Part shown: piece after piece, positions 11,959 to 25,659 of the stretch
Numbering within the stretch: the stretch's first letter is position 1
Layout: each line of letters opens with the position of its first letter
From: Octopus sinensis
Lineage: Eukaryota
DNA: 64,000 bases
Reading direction: 5' to 3'
Assembly (NCBI RefSeq): GCF_006345805.1
Contig: NC_043007.1
Coordinates: forward strand, 39,742,001-39,806,000
Notes under the pieces: model-generated
Told to the model about the DNA's origin: nothing
Seen by the model: the letters and a program-made list of their open reading frames with translations, nothing else
Database searches by the model: none
Position numbers and translations under genes: made by a program

Positions 11959-12178
11959 TATATATATATATATATTATATGCTTTCGGTGCGAATAACAC
12001 ACTAAGCTGCGTTAACAAAGGGATGTGGGTTCGAATCCTACGCGGATAGAAGCCTTCTTCGTTCTGTCGAGTTTTTATTGTCCCTTTACTACACTATTTT
12101 CCTTAGTCATTGCATCTTGATCGCCATAAACTTTAAGCTTATATAAAAATATCATTATTATTATTTACATATATATAT

Positions 12179-12234
<56 letters not shown>

Positions 12235-12273
12235 TACTTTCTTTTCCTCTCTCTCTTTCTACATGAGGGTGTA

Positions 12274-12331
<58 letters not shown>

Positions 12332-13007
12332 TATGTGGTGTGTGTATGTGTGCGTTTGTGTATTTGGGTTGGAGTGTTCTTGGAATGTTATAATTATATT
12401 TCATCAGTAATTTCTGTTCTATTCTTTAACGGTTTTGTGTAGCATTACAAAATCCTGCTTAATCCAGTTTGTATATTCCAGGTCTAATTAATCTCTCTCA
12501 TACACACACATGCGCGAGAGGACAAACGCACAGTATCGCCTCCCCCCACACAATAACACAGTCTGTATCTCATACATACATCAATTGCCCACCCCTTCTA
12601 CATTCCTACACACTCTTTCACAAATAGTCTCTTTCTTTCTTTTTCATAAGCACATACTCTCACACAAGCATAAACACACACATTTACTCTCTCACACATG
12701 CATACGCTCATACACACACAATCACTGTCTCTTCCACACACTTACAAGTAGTCTTACACACGCATACATCCACATACATAAATAAACAGGGTTCCATTGT
12801 CTCATAGTAATTTGATCAACATAACCAGAATTTAATTAAATTTCATCTAGATCTGATTATTGTGAGATTTACATAAATTTATATTTGCAGCCCTTGGTTT
12901 CAATCTCAATCCCATTCCATGGCAACTTGGGCATTTGTTTTCTACTTTTGTCTCCGGCGGACCAAAGCCTTTTGAGCGAATGTGGTTGACAGAAACAGAG
13001 TTGAAGG

Positions 13008-13065
13008 TGGCGAGCTGGCAGAAACGTTAGCACGCCGGGCGAAATGCTTAGCGGCCTGGCAGTTC
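13008..13065 (+). mobile_element. SINE-B head only
   Basis: ggtggcgagctggcagaaacgttagcacgccgggcgaaatgcttagcgg, joined directly to the Tx1 fragment. Confidence 0.8.
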
Positions 13066-13690
13066 TACTGGGGAGCTTTGTCTTGTCCAGATAAATTTTA
13101 CAGGCACGGAAGTGCCGTCAGCCGAGCATGTCCAAGATGCGCGCAGGACAACGAGACAGTCCTGCATGCACACGCCCAGTACTCGATCATTGCTGGCCTG
13201 TGCGTTTATGTCGAACACCTGTTGTCGCGTGTGGGACGGATCCGGCTATCAACTGAATCCATCGTGAAGATCGCCCAACCGCCTACCTTTAACTGGGAAG
13301 GAAAGACTGTTTTCATATGCCTGGGGACCATGGCAAAAGAGGTTGTATGGTGGACGAGATTGAAGGGGCTGAAGACAAGCACTATTCTCTTTGGCCAATC
13401 CCTATGAACTTCTTCACGTTTCACGTGAAAAGGAAAATAAGGGTAGAAAGGGAAGTGTTGTCTTCTAGCCAGTTTGCTGAAAGGTGGATGAAAGTGGCGA
13501 GAATGGTGTGAGTGAACGGCCCTACCCTGAGCATACGCCTGTAGTTGGAAAAAAGAAAAGAAAAAAGGCACTTGCCCCAAGAGTCAGGGTGCCCATTGTC
13601 TTTTATGGGTTTTTCCATGAGCAACCCTCGAACGTCTTCTTCCTATGGAAGATTACACATTGTTGAATTTTTTTCTAATTTTGTTAGTCT
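13066..13690 (+). mobile_element. L1/Tx1-clade ORF2 C-terminus (cysteine-rich domain) and 3' UTR
   Basis: YWGALSCPDKFYRHGSAVSRACPRCAQDNETVLHA...AKEVVWWTRLKG..FHVKRKIRVEREVLSSSQFAERW. Confidence 0.75.
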
Positions 13691-13827
13691 TGTTTACACG
13701 CAAAACTCTCCCAACAGCATATACTCACACACATACACACACACATACACACACATTATTTTTGATTTTTTTTCTATGCTCTCCGTAATATGCTCTCCGG
13801 TTAATAAAGAAATCCTCATCATCATCC

Positions 13828-13888
<61 letters not shown>

Positions 13889-13939
13889 TATTATTTATTA
13901 TTATTATTATTATCACTATTATCATTATTATTATTAGGA

Positions 13940-14154
13940 CAATGAGCTGGAAGAATCGTTAGCATGCCGGACAAAATGCTTAGCGGTATTTCTTTTGATT
14001 TTACGTTCTGAGTTCAAATTCTGCGTGGGTCGACTTTGCATTTTATCCTTCCGGGGTCGATAAATTAAATACCAGTGAAACACTGGGTCGATGTAATTGA
14101 CTAGTCTCCTCCCCCCCCCCCCATATTACAGGCCTTGTACCTTTAGTAGAAAAG

Positions 14155-14155
<1 letters not shown>
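13940..14155 (+). mobile_element. SINE-B, tail type ii
   Basis: Head, B-box-like gagttcaaattc, central ctttgc(a/c)ttt(c/t)atcctt.cggggtcgataaa..gtaccag (resembles the Meta/MESC SINE domain, from memory), tail ggccttgtacctttagtagaaaagat. Confidence 0.85.
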
Positions 14156-14185
<30 letters not shown>

Positions 14186-14440
14186 TATTATTATTATTAT
14201 TATATTATTATTATTAGTTTCGTCCATCGTTATCGTCGATAAGCGAGGACATCACATGATAGAAGACCTGACAGAGTTTGTCCAGTTGTGACCAATCAAT
14301 CCGATTTGTGCTCGGAAGGCTTTTTCGTAGGTGTACCACTGTTGGTCAGTTGGTACTGAAGGCAAGGGGTTGGCTCTCAACTTGCGTAGTCTGCGTTTAT
14401 TTTCTGCCCCTGCAATCCAGTTCTGTTCGTAGAAATATAA

Positions 14441-15131
14441 TTTGACTTACAAATTTTAAAAATAATTTTTTATGACTAAACACTTTCAAACTTCGGACAC
14501 TGGTAGAATGTGTCATATAAAACATCTTTTACTCTTAGAATTTTTGAGAAAAACTTATATTTACGAAGTTATATCACGTTAAAGTTCTCGTATTTCGGTA
14601 ATTTCAACCAATAAATGACGTGTATTCAGCTGAATAAAATTATTGCTGTTGTTTGTCAACAACAACTATCGGCGGTGTATTTTTCGTTTGTCACTGTTAT
14701 TTATGACATCGTTCGTGCGTTTGTACTAGTTTTAAGGTTTTAGGGTTATGATTAGGGTTTTTGGGTTAGGGTTAAGGTTTTAGGGTTAGGGTTATGGTTA
14801 AGGTTTTAGGGTTAGGGTTAGGGCTAGGGTTTTAGGGTTAGGGTTGTCATAAATAACTGACAAACGAAATATACACCGCCGGAAGTTCTTGTTAACAAAC
14901 AACAACAGTAATTTTATTCGGCTGAATACACGTCAATGATTGGTAGAAATTACCGAAATACGAGAACGTTAACGTGAAATAACTTCGTAAATATAAGTTT
15001 TTATAAGCATATAAGTAATGCTAAGAGTAAAAGATGTTTTATATGAAACATTCTAGCAGTGTCTGAAGTTTGAAAGTGTTTAGTTACAAAAAATTATTTT
15101 TTAAATCTGTAGGTCAAAAGGTAAAAGATCC
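14441..15131. mobile_element. Foldback/MITE with ~270-bp inverted arms around a telomere-type repeat array
   Basis: Left arm 14441-~14710 is the reverse complement of right arm ~14845-15118. Right end AGATCC (15126-31) and internal blocks are shared with the MITE at 2440-2842. Confidence 0.85.
14733..14843 (+). repeat. Interstitial (TTAGGG)n-like array
   Basis: Ten exact TTAGGG units between 14740 and 14843, plus TTAAGG, TTATGG, CTAGGG and TTGGG variants. Confidence 0.9.
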
Positions 15132-15389
15132 CTGTCTTGTGCTTCCCATCTTCGCCATGCCAAACCTCTCTTCATTTGTAATACCTTTCGAAATCACAAC
15201 TTTCTCTTACACAATTTCTTTCCTCTAACTCCTCTTATGCCAAACACTCCTTCTTCTCCTCTTGATATTTCTCTCCAAATTTTAAACCCTCATTCACTTA
15301 TCTAACTTTGTTATGATGAAATACGCACGCATGCGTACATGCACTTTCATACACACCATTTGTTTGCATGATACTGTATAACCTACATA

Positions 15390-15982
15390 TGGTTATATGA
15401 ATGTATGCACGTATGTATATATGTTTTATGTATGTATGTATATGCGTATATATATATATGTTTTACGCACGTATGTATATATGCTTTATGTTCATGCTTA
15501 TGTATATGTACATATATGTATATGCGTATTTATATATAAACATGATGTGTATACGCACACACACATACGCACACACACGCATACGTACGCACACACTCAT
15601 TCACGCGCACGCATATATACGCAGACACGTGTATAATTTGATCTACATAATATCTTTATGCAAATGTATATATACAGAAACACGCATACACACACACATA
15701 CACACACGCACATACACACACGTACGCACACATACACACACGTACGCACACATACACACACGTACGCACACATACACACACGCACGCACGCACGCTCTCA
15801 CATCTCTGTGTGTCTTATGCCTATCAATCAAAATATCTATAGACGTATATACTTCTGTGAGTATGTATATACATATATACATATACACATATGTATGTGA
15901 ATATACATACTTATACATATATGTATGTAGATATATATATATAATATATATATGCATACATTTATGTATATATTTATGTATG

Positions 15983-16038
<56 letters not shown>

Positions 16039-16051
16039 CATACATATACAC

Positions 16052-16120
<69 letters not shown>

Positions 16121-16334
16121 CTATATATATATATAATATATATATATGTATATATATATGTATGTATATATCTATATATATACATGCATACATTTATGTA
16201 TATATATATGCAAGGGTATATAGATACGTACATATAGCTATGAATATATGTATGAATATATGTGTTTGTGCATGTATATATATATATATATTATATATAT
16301 ATATATATATAATATATATATAATTATATACATA

Positions 16335-16374
<40 letters not shown>

Positions 16375-16460
16375 ATATATAATATATATATATATATTAT
16401 ATATATATATATATTACAATTACACATATATATATATATCAAATCGTATTTATACAATGC
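15390..16460. repeat. Long (TA)n/(CA)n/(TATG)n compound microsatellite
   Basis: Seen directly; explains the Y/I/H/T-rich ORFs. Confidence 0.95.
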
Positions 16461-16835
16461 CTATTCATATACATATATACATATATGTATCCATATACAT
16501 CATAAAGATCTATCTACACGGAACTGTTCCTCTTGGTCACTCAAGCAGAACAAGCAACAGATATTCTCTCGCTGAAGAAAAAGGAAAAAAAAAAAAAGAG
16601 AGAGAAACATAAAGAAAACGTAAAAGAAAACAAAAAAAAAAACAAGAGCAGCAGCAGCGGCAGCAGCCCACATGCACACTCACACACACACACGCGCGCG
16701 CGCGCACATATGCCTATAGCCCACCCCCCGTAACAAATAACCTCTCAGCTTATATATATTTATACGCCAGTCAATCTCGTATCATATATCTTTATAATTT
16801 TCCATGCAATTCGATGAAAAAAAAAATCCCATCGC

Positions 16836-17698
16836 AACCACCACCACCACCATCACCACCACCACCACCACCATCACCACCACCACCACCACCATCACCA
16901 CCACCACACCACCATCACCACCACCACCACCATCACCACCACCACCACCACACCACATCACCACCACCACCACCACCATCACCACCACCACCACCACCAC
17001 CACCACCACCACCACCACCATCACCACCACCACCACCACCATCACCACCACCACCACCACCATCACCACCACCGTCGCGGCAGCCGCCGCAGCCGCCGCA
17101 GCCGTCGTCGTCGCCGTCCTAACCACAATCATCATCACTATCACCATTTCTCCGATCACCACCACCTGCACAACTATCGTAATCATCATCATGATCATCA
17201 CCACGAACGTCCCTAACACCACCACCACCACTACCACTATCGTCGTCGCCGCTGCCACCACTGTTACCACCACCACCACCTCCAACACCACCGTCACAAC
17301 CGCCACCACCACCACCACCACCACCACCCCACCACCACCACCACCACCACCACCGCCGCCGCCGCCGCCACCACCACCACCATCCACCACCACCACCACT
17401 ACCGCCGCCGCCGCCAACACCACCGCCACCACACCACCAACACCACCACCAACACCACCACAACCACCACCACCACCTCCTCCTCCCCATCACCCTTCTC
17501 CTCCTCCTCGTCTTCGTCATCATCTCACTACAACCGCAATACCACCACACCGCCCATTCCGTCGACCAGCTACCAACTCACAACCTACTACCGTTACCCC
17601 ACCCTCAGTTGGTTGCAGTGCGGCAGTAGCGGCAGCAGCAGCAGTAGCAGTAGCAGTAGCAGTAGCAGTAGCAGTAGTGTAGTAGTAGCAGTAGTAGC

Positions 17699-17741
<43 letters not shown>

Positions 17742-18045
17742 CAATTATCATGAACACCACCATCGACAAAGAACATTATTACCATCAACCTGAAGAAAGG
17801 CAATGAGGTAGCCATTACTTGGTCAATCTATCTGCTAAAAATAGCAGCTGAAACTCATTGAAATGAATGAATATTGTCTTCAAATGAGGAAGGGATATGC
17901 AGTAGATACTCGTTCCTCACAAGGACAAGAAGGTCATAACTAAGAACCCCCTTTTTATTGGTCAACTCGATGAAGTTTGACAAAAAATAACTACAATATT
18001 TCCAATATTTCAACCACTACCACCACCACCACCACCACCACCACC

Positions 18046-18083
<38 letters not shown>

Positions 18084-19520
18084 ATCATACATGTATCTAT
18101 TCCGCTCTGCTGCCCCCACCATCATCAGCACGATGACGACGACGACGACCGACGCGACTACCACCACCACCACCACCACCACCACCACACCAACCAACAA
18201 AACAATAAACCGCAGCAAAAACAGCACAACCACCATCGCCACCACTACCCACGCCATCACCACCATCACCACCACTACCACAACCCAACAACCCCCCAAG
18301 AAGAACAGCACAGCCGCCACCACCACCAGCAACAACAACAACTGCAGCAAGAACAACACAGCCACCACTACCACCACTACCTCCACAATCTCAACTACCT
18401 CTACCCCCACCATTCCCACCATTTCTACCACCATCATTACCATCACCTCCAACGTCACTCTCACCTTCACCACTACCACCACCACCATCACCCTCACCAC
18501 AATCTCTACCACCACAATCTCTACCACTACTTCCAACATCACTACCGCCTCTACCACCCGCCACCACCACCACCACCACCACCACCATCAACACGACAAT
18601 TACATTGCAGCCATTTCCACAACCATCATCACCATCGCAGCCATCAACACCCTCACCACCAACACCACACCACACCACAACTATCATCTCCATTACCATT
18701 CTTACTAGTAGCACCACTACATATACTATCACCCCAACCATCACACTGCCTACCGCCTGAGCTCGACACCACTACCACCTGGTGCCACCACTAACCACCT
18801 CTGCCGCTGCCGCCGCCACTATAGCCACCCCTCTCAGCAACTACCCTACAAACCCCCTTCAACATGATCACTACCACCACCACCATAACCAGCACTATCA
18901 GAATCATCAGATTTACCTCTACTAGCATCCACCACGACACTCTACAACCACCACACGTGAGGACCACCACCTCTGAAAATTCTCGGGCATCACCACCACG
19001 ACTACCACCACTATCTCCGCCACCGCTGCCGCCGTTGCCACGATAACCCCCAACCACCATCAACACCACCATCTATCCCACCACCACTACTACGATGGCG
19101 ACGACGACGACGACGACCACCACCACCACCACCAATGCACTACAGAAACAGCACCACTACCAGAATCATCAGATTTACCTCCGCAATCACCACCACCATC
19201 ACCACCACCAATGCACTACAGCCATCAGCACCACAACCATACCTCTACAACCAGCATCTTCCATACACCTCTCCCCCATCCTTGATACCTTTCCAAGACC
19301 CTCCTCACCACCAACGGCAACCCTATGATTACCGCCACCAAGCGCCACCTCAAACATCCACCGCTCTCTACACCCATCGCACAACCCACAACAGAACCAC
19401 CACACCCATTACCACCACCACCACCACCGCCACCACCGTCACCGCCACCACCATCAACACACACGAACACCACTGCCGTCACCACACCACCCCACCCTCC
19501 TCCTCCTCCTACTACTGCCA
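16836..19520. repeat. ~2.7-kb (CAC/ACC/ACT/GCC)n low-complexity tract
   Basis: Seen directly; explains the poly-T/P/H/V/G ORFs in all frames. Confidence 0.95.
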
Positions 19521-20281
19521 CTACAACCAGTTCTAACCAATCAATACTATCCAAGATAGATGTAACCCAGAAAAAAAAGGCTATGTCATGAAACAGCTCG
19601 TTGTTATAGTTTATGTGTTCAGCATCATCATCTCATCATCATCATCAATCATCATCACCATCATCATCATCATCATCATCATCACTATTATTATTATTAT
19701 TATTATTATTATATTATTATTATTATTATTATTGATGCTGTTTATGTTCCTGTCTTCTTTCCCACCATTTTGTTTTTTAATGGACTAAGATCATTATACC
19801 AAGCTAGACATTGCTACTTCGTTGTGTTGTTGTTGTTGTTGTTGTTGATGTTGTCGATGCTACGGCTGCTGCTGCTGCTGCTGCTGTTGTACCTTATTGA
19901 TATTGTAACAGCGGTGTTGGCGTTGTTGTTGTTGTGGTTATTGCGGTTAAGTGTGGTTGTTGTTATTGCTGTTATTGTCTTCATCTTATGCTGTTTATAC
20001 ATACATACATACATACATACATACATACATAATACATACATACATACATACATATCATACATACATAAATACATACATACATAACATACATAATACATAC
20101 ATACATAAATAAATACATACATACATACATAACATAAAATACATACTACATACATACATACATACATACATACATACATACATTACGTACGTATGTACGT
20201 ACGTACATACATACATACATACATACATACATGCAGGCATACACACACACATATGTGCTTGTGTGTGTGTGTGTGTGTGTG

Positions 20282-20315
<34 letters not shown>

Positions 20316-20603
20316 ATGATGGTGTTATCTTATTTTTGTCTTTAATTTCTTTCTTCGCTTTGGCTGGTTGGTTTGTTTTTCATTTTACTTTTTTTTTTTT
20401 TACTCTATTCTCATAAAACACGATAAAAATATATATATTTTTAATAGGTTGATATGGTGTATGTATGTACCTGTAAACGGGTATGTTTGTATATGTGTGC
20501 GTGTGTAAGTGTGTGTGTGTGTGTGTATGTAGTGGCTGATTGTCCGTCTTCCTTGACTTTGTAGTGTCTGTCAGACTCTCGCTTTGTTCTCTAGCACGCT
20601 GCA

Positions 20604-20642
<39 letters not shown>

Positions 20643-20644
20643 CA

Positions 20645-20860
20645 CACACACACACATTCAAACATAGGTACGATAGGTACGTGTGCATATAAATGTATGT
20701 ATGAATATATCTACAATAAACAACACACACACACACCATTATATTATAATATATATTATATATTATAATATATATAGAATATATATATATATCTACAACA
20801 GAAAGAGAGAGAGAGAGACGAGGAGAGAGAGAGAGAGAGAGAAAGAAAGAGATGCATATA

Positions 20861-20904
<44 letters not shown>

Positions 20905-21062
20905 ACACACACACATTCAAACATAGGTACGATAGGTACGTGTGCATATAAATGTATTGATGAATATATCTACACATACACACACACACACACCACATAT
21001 AATATATAATATATATATATATATATATATTATAGATAGAATATATATATACAACACAGAAG

Positions 21063-21094
<32 letters not shown>

Positions 21095-21120
21095 AAGAGA
21101 TGCATATACACACATAACAC
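20645..21120. repeat. Tandem duplication (~255-bp period) of a compound microsatellite block
   Basis: attcaaacataggtacgataggtacgtgtgcatataaatgta...gaaagagatgcatatacac occurs twice. Confidence 0.8.
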
Positions 21121-22142
21121 ACATGTATATGCATGTATGTTTGTATGTATGTACGTATGTATATATATATATATATACATTTGTGTGTGTCTATGTGTAT
21201 GCATGTGTACGGACATACAGTCACTGTAACTGTACTGTAACCTACATCTATCGAGCAGAGCCATTAACCCTGCGTAACTGTGCTCTTAAATTATATCATT
21301 CTACCTGCAATGTACAGTGCATTCCATTTATATATACGTATATACACACACACACACATATATATATATATACGTATATATATATTGGTACTTTTAACCC
21401 GGCCTTGCCTTTGATGAACGTTGTATTACTTCTGTTTATGACGGATGTATAAATGTACTCTAAAACGTCAATAAGTTGCTGTACTCTTAATTCGATCTAT
21501 GGAACTGAGTTTTTTTTTTTTTTTAAATCTCGTTTATGCAATTATATAGTTACTTCTTTCAAGAGTAAACCTGTAAGCTGAGTTTATTCTGCTGAAACGT
21601 CAAACCTTGTTCAAGAAAATGTACGTATAATTTTGATGATTACACTACAGTTTAGGATTTTAATAAATGAAATTTTAATTGAATGGAAGTGTTGACAGTT
21701 ACACCACGTAATTTCTGAAGGAGAACATGAAGAGAACTTGTGAAGCCCCACAGAATTATTTACGGAGCCTTTCTATTTTTTAGAGAAAAAAGTCTTTAGT
21801 CAGTGTCGATCTTTATTTTCATATATACAGCATTCAGGAACAGATAACTCATGATATGTTTTGGCTTTATTCTGACCTCAAAAGTGTGGGGCATTTTCCA
21901 CCGTTCTTACCAAAGAAGTGATGAATGAATCATTAAATAAAATACTATAAAACTGGTGAAGAAGAAAAAGAAAATGATTAAAGCTGACTTCACATATCTT
22001 CATTCTAAGTAACTTAATTGCATCCGATAAAAGCTGAGAAAGACTTGTAAAACCCCGACTATTAGATAGCCGTAACAGAAAATATAATTTTTGCTGTGAG
22101 AAAGTTAAAACCAACGAGAAAATAAAACAAAAACAAAGAAAT

Positions 22143-22530
22143 AGGCGCAGGAGTGGCTGTGTGTTAAGTAGCTTGCTTACTAACCACATGGTTCCGAGTT
22201 CAGTCCCACTGCATGGCACTCTGGGCAAGTGTCTTTTACTATAGCCTCAAGGCGACCAAAGCTTTGTAAGTGGATTTGGTAAACGGAAACTAAAAGAAAC
22301 CCGTCGTATATGTATATATATATATAAATGTTTGTGTGTATGTATTTGTTCCCCCTACACTCGCTTAACAACCGATGCTGGTATGTTTACGTCCCCGTAA
22401 CTTAGCCGTTCGGCAAAAGAGAACGATAGAATAATTACTAAGCTTACAATGAAAAAGTCCTGGGGTCGATTTGCTCGACTAAAGGCGGTGCTCCAGCATG
22501 ACTAAAAAATGTAAAAGAGGAAAAGAGTAA
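22143..22530 (+). mobile_element. SINE-A
   Basis: Near full length, with a small deletion near the tail. Confidence 0.9.
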
Positions 22531-22562
22531 ACTAAAACAACAAGAAGGCAAAAGAAAACAAT

Positions 22563-23185
22563 AGAGGCTGTGTAGTAAGAAGTTTGCTCCCTAGCACATG
22601 GTTCTGGGTTCAGTTCCAATGGGTGGCACTTTGGATAAACTGTCTTCTGCTATAGTCTCGGGCAAACCAAAGTCTTTTGAATGGATTTGGGAGACAAAAC
22701 TGAAGGAGACCTGTTGTATATACATACTTACATACATGTGTGGTGTGTGTGTGTGCTTTGTGTCGGTGTGAGTCCCTCACTACCTCTTGACATTTGATTT
22801 TGGTGTGTTTACATTCCTGTAACTTAGAATATATATATTTCTTTATTGCCCACAAGGGGCTAGACATAGAGGGGACAAACAAGGACAGACAAAGGGATTA
22901 AGCCAATTACATCGACCCCAGTGCGTAACTGGTACTTTATTTATCGACCCCGAAAGGATGAAAGGCAAAGTCGACCTCGGCGGAATTTGAACTCACAACG
23001 TAACGACAGACGAAATACGGCTACGCATTTCGCCCGGCATGCTAACGTTTCTGCCAGCTCGCTAGAATATATAGCAGGCTTTAAAGACAAAAAGTACTGA
23101 GGTTGGTTCATTCGGCTAAAAGCACGTCAAGGTGCTGTCGCAGCATGGCCGCAGTCGAATGACCAAAACAAGTAAAAGAAAGAAA
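22563..23185 (+). mobile_element. Older SINE-A interrupted by SINE-B
   Basis: Head at 22563; tail cagcatggccgcagtcgaatgaccaaaacaagtaaaag resumes after 23073. Confidence 0.8.
22836..23062 (-). mobile_element. SINE-B, tail type i, full length with TSD
   Basis: 11-bp TSD TAGAATATATA at 22825-35 and 23063-73. Confidence 0.9.
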
Positions 23186-24092
23186 AAAAGAGAAGGTTAA
23201 TGGCACACATACACAAAGTACAACCAACGACACTAAGTCAAACAAATACTATTAAGTGAAAATTAATAAATTTCCATTAAAGAATCTTTAATCTTTCTCA
23301 CTATTCTGTCATCTTGATAATCATAAAGTCTATTTAATGATTTTGGAATATAGTATTATTGAGAAAATATATGACTAGGAGGAAGTAAGTATGGTGTGTG
23401 TGTTCACGAAGTTCACCTCGCAGCAATCTGAATGTGGTTTCAATTCCACTGCGTTGCATGTTGGTCATGCGCACCGGGCCAACAATTGCCTTGTGGGAGA
23501 ATTTAGATGGAAACTCTGAGGAAACTCCTCATATATGTGTATGTATGTATGTATGTATGTATGCATGTATGTATGTAGTATGTATGTATGTATGTATGTA
23601 TGTATGTATGTATGTATGTATGTATGTATGTATGCATGCATGTATGTATGTATGTATGTATGTATGTATGCATGTATGTATATATGATATGAATAATATA
23701 TATATGCATATATACATATATATATGTACATACATATATATGTAAATACATATGCATATATGGGTACAGGATGTCACAGAACGTAAACAACATGAAATAT
23801 GAAAATATGGAATACGAACTTTTTTGCGAACAATGAAAGAAACAAATGGAAAACAAGACAAGTAACAAAATGAACGACCCTTCATCAGTTGTCGGCTGTT
23901 TTTCTACTCCGCATTTCGAGCAATTACGACAAGATTCGCCTTCGACAATATAGTTGCTCTCGCAAAGCAAATTAAATAAAATTTGGGATTTGTGGAGGGT
24001 CAAAGTTGGTAACAAAAACAGGACAGTGAAAGCAAACATTAAGGGCTGCTAAGCCATAAGGAGGTGAGGTAGCGAACACTGGAGGAACAAGC

Positions 24093-24128
<36 letters not shown>

Positions 24129-24554
24129 GGTTTTAGTCCATCACTCCACAGCATATCGCCTCAACAAGCGGTTCGGCAAAAGTGACCGATAGAATAAGTA
24201 TCAAATTTGAAAAAGAAAAGAAAACAAACCCTGCAAGTCAGTAACGCTGGCATAATCGCAATCCAGCGACTTGAAACAGCTATAAGATTAAAAGATAAAG
24301 ATAATCCAAAAGGAACAGCATACTTTTCCTTCCCAAGATACCGGGAATAAGTCGTGGATAGCTAATTACAATTATTTTTGATTGTTGGTCAGTAAGTGTT
24401 ATTTCCTATTTGCTCCTGTCTAGAAATAAAAGGAAATGACTACTATTCCCTTCAGACTTTACTTTTGTGCCCTGGACACCAATGTTTCGAAACTGGCTTA
24501 TTTACCATTACATTTCAGACTGATTCAACTCTGAATTGCTGAAGCAGAAATATC

Positions 24555-24725
24555 GTTATAGCTAACATTCTGCTCAATGTCACAGATTTGCTTGTCAGTT
24601 GCTTGACCTTAACCACTTGAGCATGTCCCTTAGTGGCTGACAATATGTGCATGACTGATCATGAACAGAAGTGGTTGGGGAGCATCATAGCCATATGGTG
24701 AGAGGGTTTATTTGGGGTCTGAATA
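24555..24725 (-). mobile_element. Family E fragment
   Basis: Homologous to 41740-41880 and to the reverse complement of 56400-56528. Confidence 0.75.
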
Positions 24726-25071
24726 AATGTAACAAAAGCAAAATTTGAAAGAAATATTATCCCCTTTTCGTACTTTCTAGGAGTAAGTAAACAGGAAATG
24801 ACAGTTGCTAACCAAGGACAAAAATTGTGTTACATAGTATTAGTAAATGAAAACATGTCTGTTGCCTACGCCCAACTCATTTACATAAAAGTACGTTATT
24901 GTTAGTAAGCAATTCAGGTGTAACGGTAGATATTGTTGTCAAATATAAAGTAATACAATGTGCACATAATTCATATTATTATGATTCGTCGATCCAAAAA
25001 TATGGTTCCGGATTAGGGTGACAGAGGTCACTGGTTCATGTCCCCGGCGAGCGTTGATATTTCATGCTTTA

Positions 25072-25546
25072 GAGCAATCCCTCGTCTATCACGGGTATTA
25101 CGTTCCAACCCCACCCCGCGATAGGTGAAAATCCGCGAAGTAGAAACAGTGCTGTACTGTATATATTCTGTGGAGGCGCGTGGCTTAGTGGTTAGGGTGT
25201 CAGCACCATGATCGTAAATTTGTGGTTTCGATTCCTAGACCGGACGACGCGTTGTGTTCTTGAGCAAAACACTTCATTTCACGTTGCTCCAGTCCACTCA
25301 GCTGGCAAAAATGCGTAACGCTGCGATGGACTGGCGTCCCATCAATACGCCATAGAAACCGGGAAACTGGGCCCATGAGCCTGGCTAGGCTTTAAAAGGG
25401 CGCATTTACTTTATTATTTACTGTATATATTCTAAAATTAATTTTATAATTTGTATATATTTATTTTATTATAAATGCAAAACAACACCACGGAAGAATC
25501 GATGTAAGCTTAAATAATAAAACCGCGATAAGGCGAGGGATTACTG
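25072..25546. mobile_element. Tigger/pogo-like MITE interrupted by SINE-C
   Basis: Ends (ta)gagcaatccctcgtctatcacgg and ccgcgataaggcgagggattactg are inverted repeats of the CAGTAATCCCTCG type. Confidence 0.65.
25170..25418 (+). mobile_element. SINE-C (tRNA-derived head, Nin-like body)
   Basis: 15-bp TSD TACTGTATATATTCT at 25155-69 and 25419-33. Head gtggaggcgcgtggcttagtggttagg..ggtttcgattcc; body ctgcgatggactggcgtcccatc..gaaaccgggaaac. Confidence 0.85.
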
Positions 25547-25659
25547 TTTATATCACTTTATTACCCGTCTGACCTTTGGTAAAGAATCAAAACACTATCT
25601 CTTTTGATTAACTTATAACACATATAGAGTATGTTGGTTTCAAATTTTGTCACAAGGCC

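Noticed and set aside
12000-12050. T-arm-like GTGGG-TTCGAAT-CCTAC as a tRNA gene
   Set aside because: No acceptor, D or anticodon arms can be folded; at most a decayed tRNA or SINE fragment. SINE heads elsewhere are likewise not tRNA genes.
15401-16323. Long Y/I/H/T/C/V-rich ORFs here and at about 46350-47350 and 59750-61200
   Set aside because: Translations of dinucleotide and tetranucleotide microsatellites, which lack stop codons by composition.
16804-17682. 292-aa Thr/Pro-rich ORF (and 243-aa ORF at 17977-18708) resembling a mucin
   Set aside because: Pure (CAC/ACC)n expansion, open in several frames on both strands, with no non-repetitive domain or splice evidence.
20645-21120. 255-bp tandem duplication as a biological novelty
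   Set aside because: Made of microsatellites with noisy differences; easily an assembly or slippage artefact.
21696-22060. Protein-like reading frame with scattered stops (..FSQCRSLFSYIQHSG..VLTKEVMNESLNKIL)
   Set aside because: No motif I can assign; a TBLASTN/BLASTX search would be needed to call it a pseudogene.
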